From assembly GCA_965112735.1 (NCBI GenBank), contig OZ218953.1, forward strand, positions 5,582,048 through 5,646,047: DNA of 64,000 bases, read 5' to 3'. The translations under genes were made by a program, and so were the position numbers. This DNA is from Phaeosaccion multiseriatum. Lineage: Eukaryota; Protista; Ochrophyta, other classes. The first letter of the stretch is position 1. Every line of letters starts with the position of its first letter. The notes below the pieces were generated by a model. It ran no database searches. It was not told where the DNA came from and saw nothing but the letters and a program-made list of their open reading frames with translations. Positions 61,601 to 64,000 of this stretch are shown piece by piece.

Positions 61601-64000
61601 CCAGGCCAGGCCAGGCCAGGCCAGGCCAGGCCAGGCCAGGCCAGGCCAGGCCAGGCCAGGCCAGGCCAGGCCAGGCCAGGCCAGGCCAGGCCAGGCCAGG
61701 CCAGGCCAGGCCAGGCCAGGCCAGGCCAGGCCAGGCCAGGCCAGGCCAGGCCAGGCCAGGCCAGGCCAGGCCAGGCCAGGCCAGGCCAGGCCAGGCCAGG
61801 CCAGGCCAGGCCAGGCCAGGCCAGGCCAGGCCAGGCCAGGCCAGGCCAGGCCAGGCCAGGCCAGGCCAGGCCAGGCCAGGCCAGGCCAGGCCAGGCCAGG
61901 CCAGGCCAGGCCAGGCCAGGCCAGGCCAGGCCAGGCCAGGCCAGGCCAGGCCAGGCCAGGCCAGGCCAGGCCAGGCCAGGCCAGGCCAGGCCAGGCCAGG
62001 CCAGGCCAGGCCAGGCCAGGCCAGGCCAGGCCAGGCCAGGCCAGGCCAGGCCAGGCCAGGCCAGGCCAGGCCAGGCCAGGCCAGGCCAGGCCAGGCCAGG
62101 CCAGGCCAGGCCAGGCCAGGCCAGGCCAGGCCAGGCCAGGCCAGGCCAGGCCAGGCCAGGCCAGGCCAGGCCAGGCCAGGCCAGGCCAGGCCAGGCCAGG
62201 CCAGGCCAGGCCAGGCCAGGCCAGGCCAGGCCAGGCCAGGCCAGGCCAGGCCAGGCCAGGCCAGGCCAGGCCAGGCCAGGCCAGGCCAGGCCAGGCCAGG
62301 CCAGGCCAGGCCAGGCCAGGCCAGGCCAGGCCAGGCCAGGCCAGGCCAGGCCAGGCCAGGCCAGGCCAGGCCAGGCCAGGCCAGGCCAGGCCAGGCCAGG
62401 CCAGGCCAGGCCAGGCCAGGCCAGGCCAGGCCAGGCCAGGCCAGGCCAGGCCAGGCCAGGCCAGGCCAGGCCAGGCCAGGCCAGGCCAGGCCAGGCCAGG
62501 CCAGGCCAGGCCAGGCCAGGCCAGGCCAGGCCAGGCCAGGCCAGGCCAGGCCAGGCCAGGCCAGGCCAGGCCAGGCCAGGCCAGGCCAGGCCAGGCCAGG
62601 CCAGGCCAGGCCAGGCCAGGCCAGGCCAGGCCAGGCCAGGCCAGGCCAGGCCAGGCCAGGCCAGGCCAGGCCAGGCCAGGCCAGGCCAGGCCAGGCCAGG
62701 CCAGGCCAGGCCAGGCCAGGCCAGGCCAGGCCAGGCCAGGCCAGGCCAGGCCAGGCCAGGCCAGGCCAGGCCAGGCCAGGCCAGGCCAGGCCAGGCCAGG
62801 CCAGGCCAGGCCAGGCCAGGCCAGGCCAGGCCAGGCCAGGCCAGGCCAGGCCAGGCCAGGCCAGGCCAGGCCAGGCCAGGCCAGGCCAGGCCAGGCCAGG
62901 CCAGGCCAGGCCAGGCCAGGCCAGGCCAGGCCAGGCCAGGCCAGGCCAGGCCAGGCCAGGCCAGGCCAGGCCAGGCCAGGCCAGGCCAGGCCAGGCCAGG
63001 CCAGGCCAGGCCAGGCCAGGCCAGGCCAGGCCAGGCCAGGCCAGGCCAGGCCAGGCCAGGCCAGGCCAGGCCAGGCCAGGCCAGGCCAGGCCAGGCCAGG
63101 CCAGGCCAGGCCAGGCCAGGCCAGGCCAGGCCAGGCCAGGCCAGGCCAGGCCAGGCCAGGCCAGGCCAGGCCAGGCCAGGCCAGGCCAGGGCCAGGCCAG
63201 GCCAGGCCAGGCCAGGCCAGGCCAGGCCAGGCCAGGCCAGGCCAGGCCAGGCCAGGCCAGGCCAGGCCAGGCCAGGCCAGGCCAGGCCAGGCCAGGCCAG
63301 GCCAGGCCAGGCCAGGCCAGGCCAGGCCAGGCCAGGCCAGGCCAGGCCAGGCCAGGCCAGGCCAGGCCAGGCCAGGCCAGGCCAGGCCAGGCCAGGCCAG
63401 GCCAGGCCAGGCCAGGCCAGGCCAGGCCAGGCCAGGCCAGGCCAGGCCAGGCCAGGCCAGGCCAGGCCAGGCCAGGCCAGGCCAGGCCAGGCCAGGCCAG
63501 GCCAGGCCAGGCCAGGCCAGGCCAGGCCAGGCCAGGCCAGGCCAGGCCAGGCCAGGCCAGGCCAGGCCAGGCCAGGCCAGGCCAGGCCAGGCCAGGCCAG
63601 GCCAGGCCAGGCCAGGCCAGGCCAGGCCAGGCCAGGCCAGGCCAGGCCAGGCCAGGCCAGGCCAGGCCAGGCCAGGCCAGGCCAGGCCAGGCCAGGCCAG
63701 GCCAGGCCAGGCCAGGCCAGGCCAGGCCAGGCCAGGCCAGGCCAGGCCAGGCCAGGCCAGGCCAGGCCAGGCCAGGCCAGGCCAGGCCAGGCCAGGCCAG
63801 GCCAGGCCAGGCCAGGCCAGGCCAGGCCAGGCCAGGCCAGGCCAGGCCAGGCCAGGCCAGGCCAGGCCAGGCCAGGCCAGGCCAGGCCAGGCCAGGCCAG
63901 GCCAGGCCAGGCCAGGCCAGGCCAGGCCAGGCCAGGCCAGGCCAGGCCAGGGCCAGGCCAGGCCAGGCCAGGGCCAGGCCAGGCCAGGCCAGGCCAGGGC
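58686..64000 (+). repeat. (CCAGG)n array of ~5.3 kb distal to the TTAGGG tract; probably telomere miscalled by nanopore basecalling
   Basis: A near-perfect pentamer array with occasional CCAGGG hexamers (~63190, ~63950-64000), continuing directly from TTAGGG. Confidence 0.9.

Overview
This is a GC-rich, intron-rich, gene-dense eukaryotic chromosome end, almost certainly from a photosynthetic stramenopile (ochrophyte) alga. The evidence is bipartite signal + 'AF' plastid presequences, a VDR gene, plastid RecA and FNR, and a TTAGGG telomere. About 14 spliced genes can be reconstructed by hand: a partial Tudor-like acidic protein, a very large chromatin gene (PWWP, CXXC zinc finger, AP2, coiled coil, class II HDAC), a membrane-anchored tyrosinase, a violaxanthin de-epoxidase-related protein, an RBM18-like RRM protein, a DNL zinc finger protein, a helical-repeat protein, plastid RecA, a large coiled-coil protein, an unusual phosphate-carrier-family protein, FNR, cullin-4, an unknown Tudor-containing protein and a GT41 glycosyltransferase. 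These are followed by a perfect 82-bp inverted repeat, a truncated foreign-looking ORF, 14 TTAGGG units and about 5.3 kb of (CCAGG)n, probably miscalled telomere. The most interesting items are: (1) an SLC25 carrier with signal + transit + twin-arginine (Tat) presequence, an EF-hand and phage-like 'G.GY' beta repeats; (2) the PWWP-CXXC-AP2-HDAC fusion, with a possible in-frame TGA in a CxxC position; (3) an FNR with a 16-Trp 'PWTAA' sticker-spacer N-terminal extension; (4) a fold-back and healed chromosome end. Exon boundaries were inferred by eye and no database searches were run.
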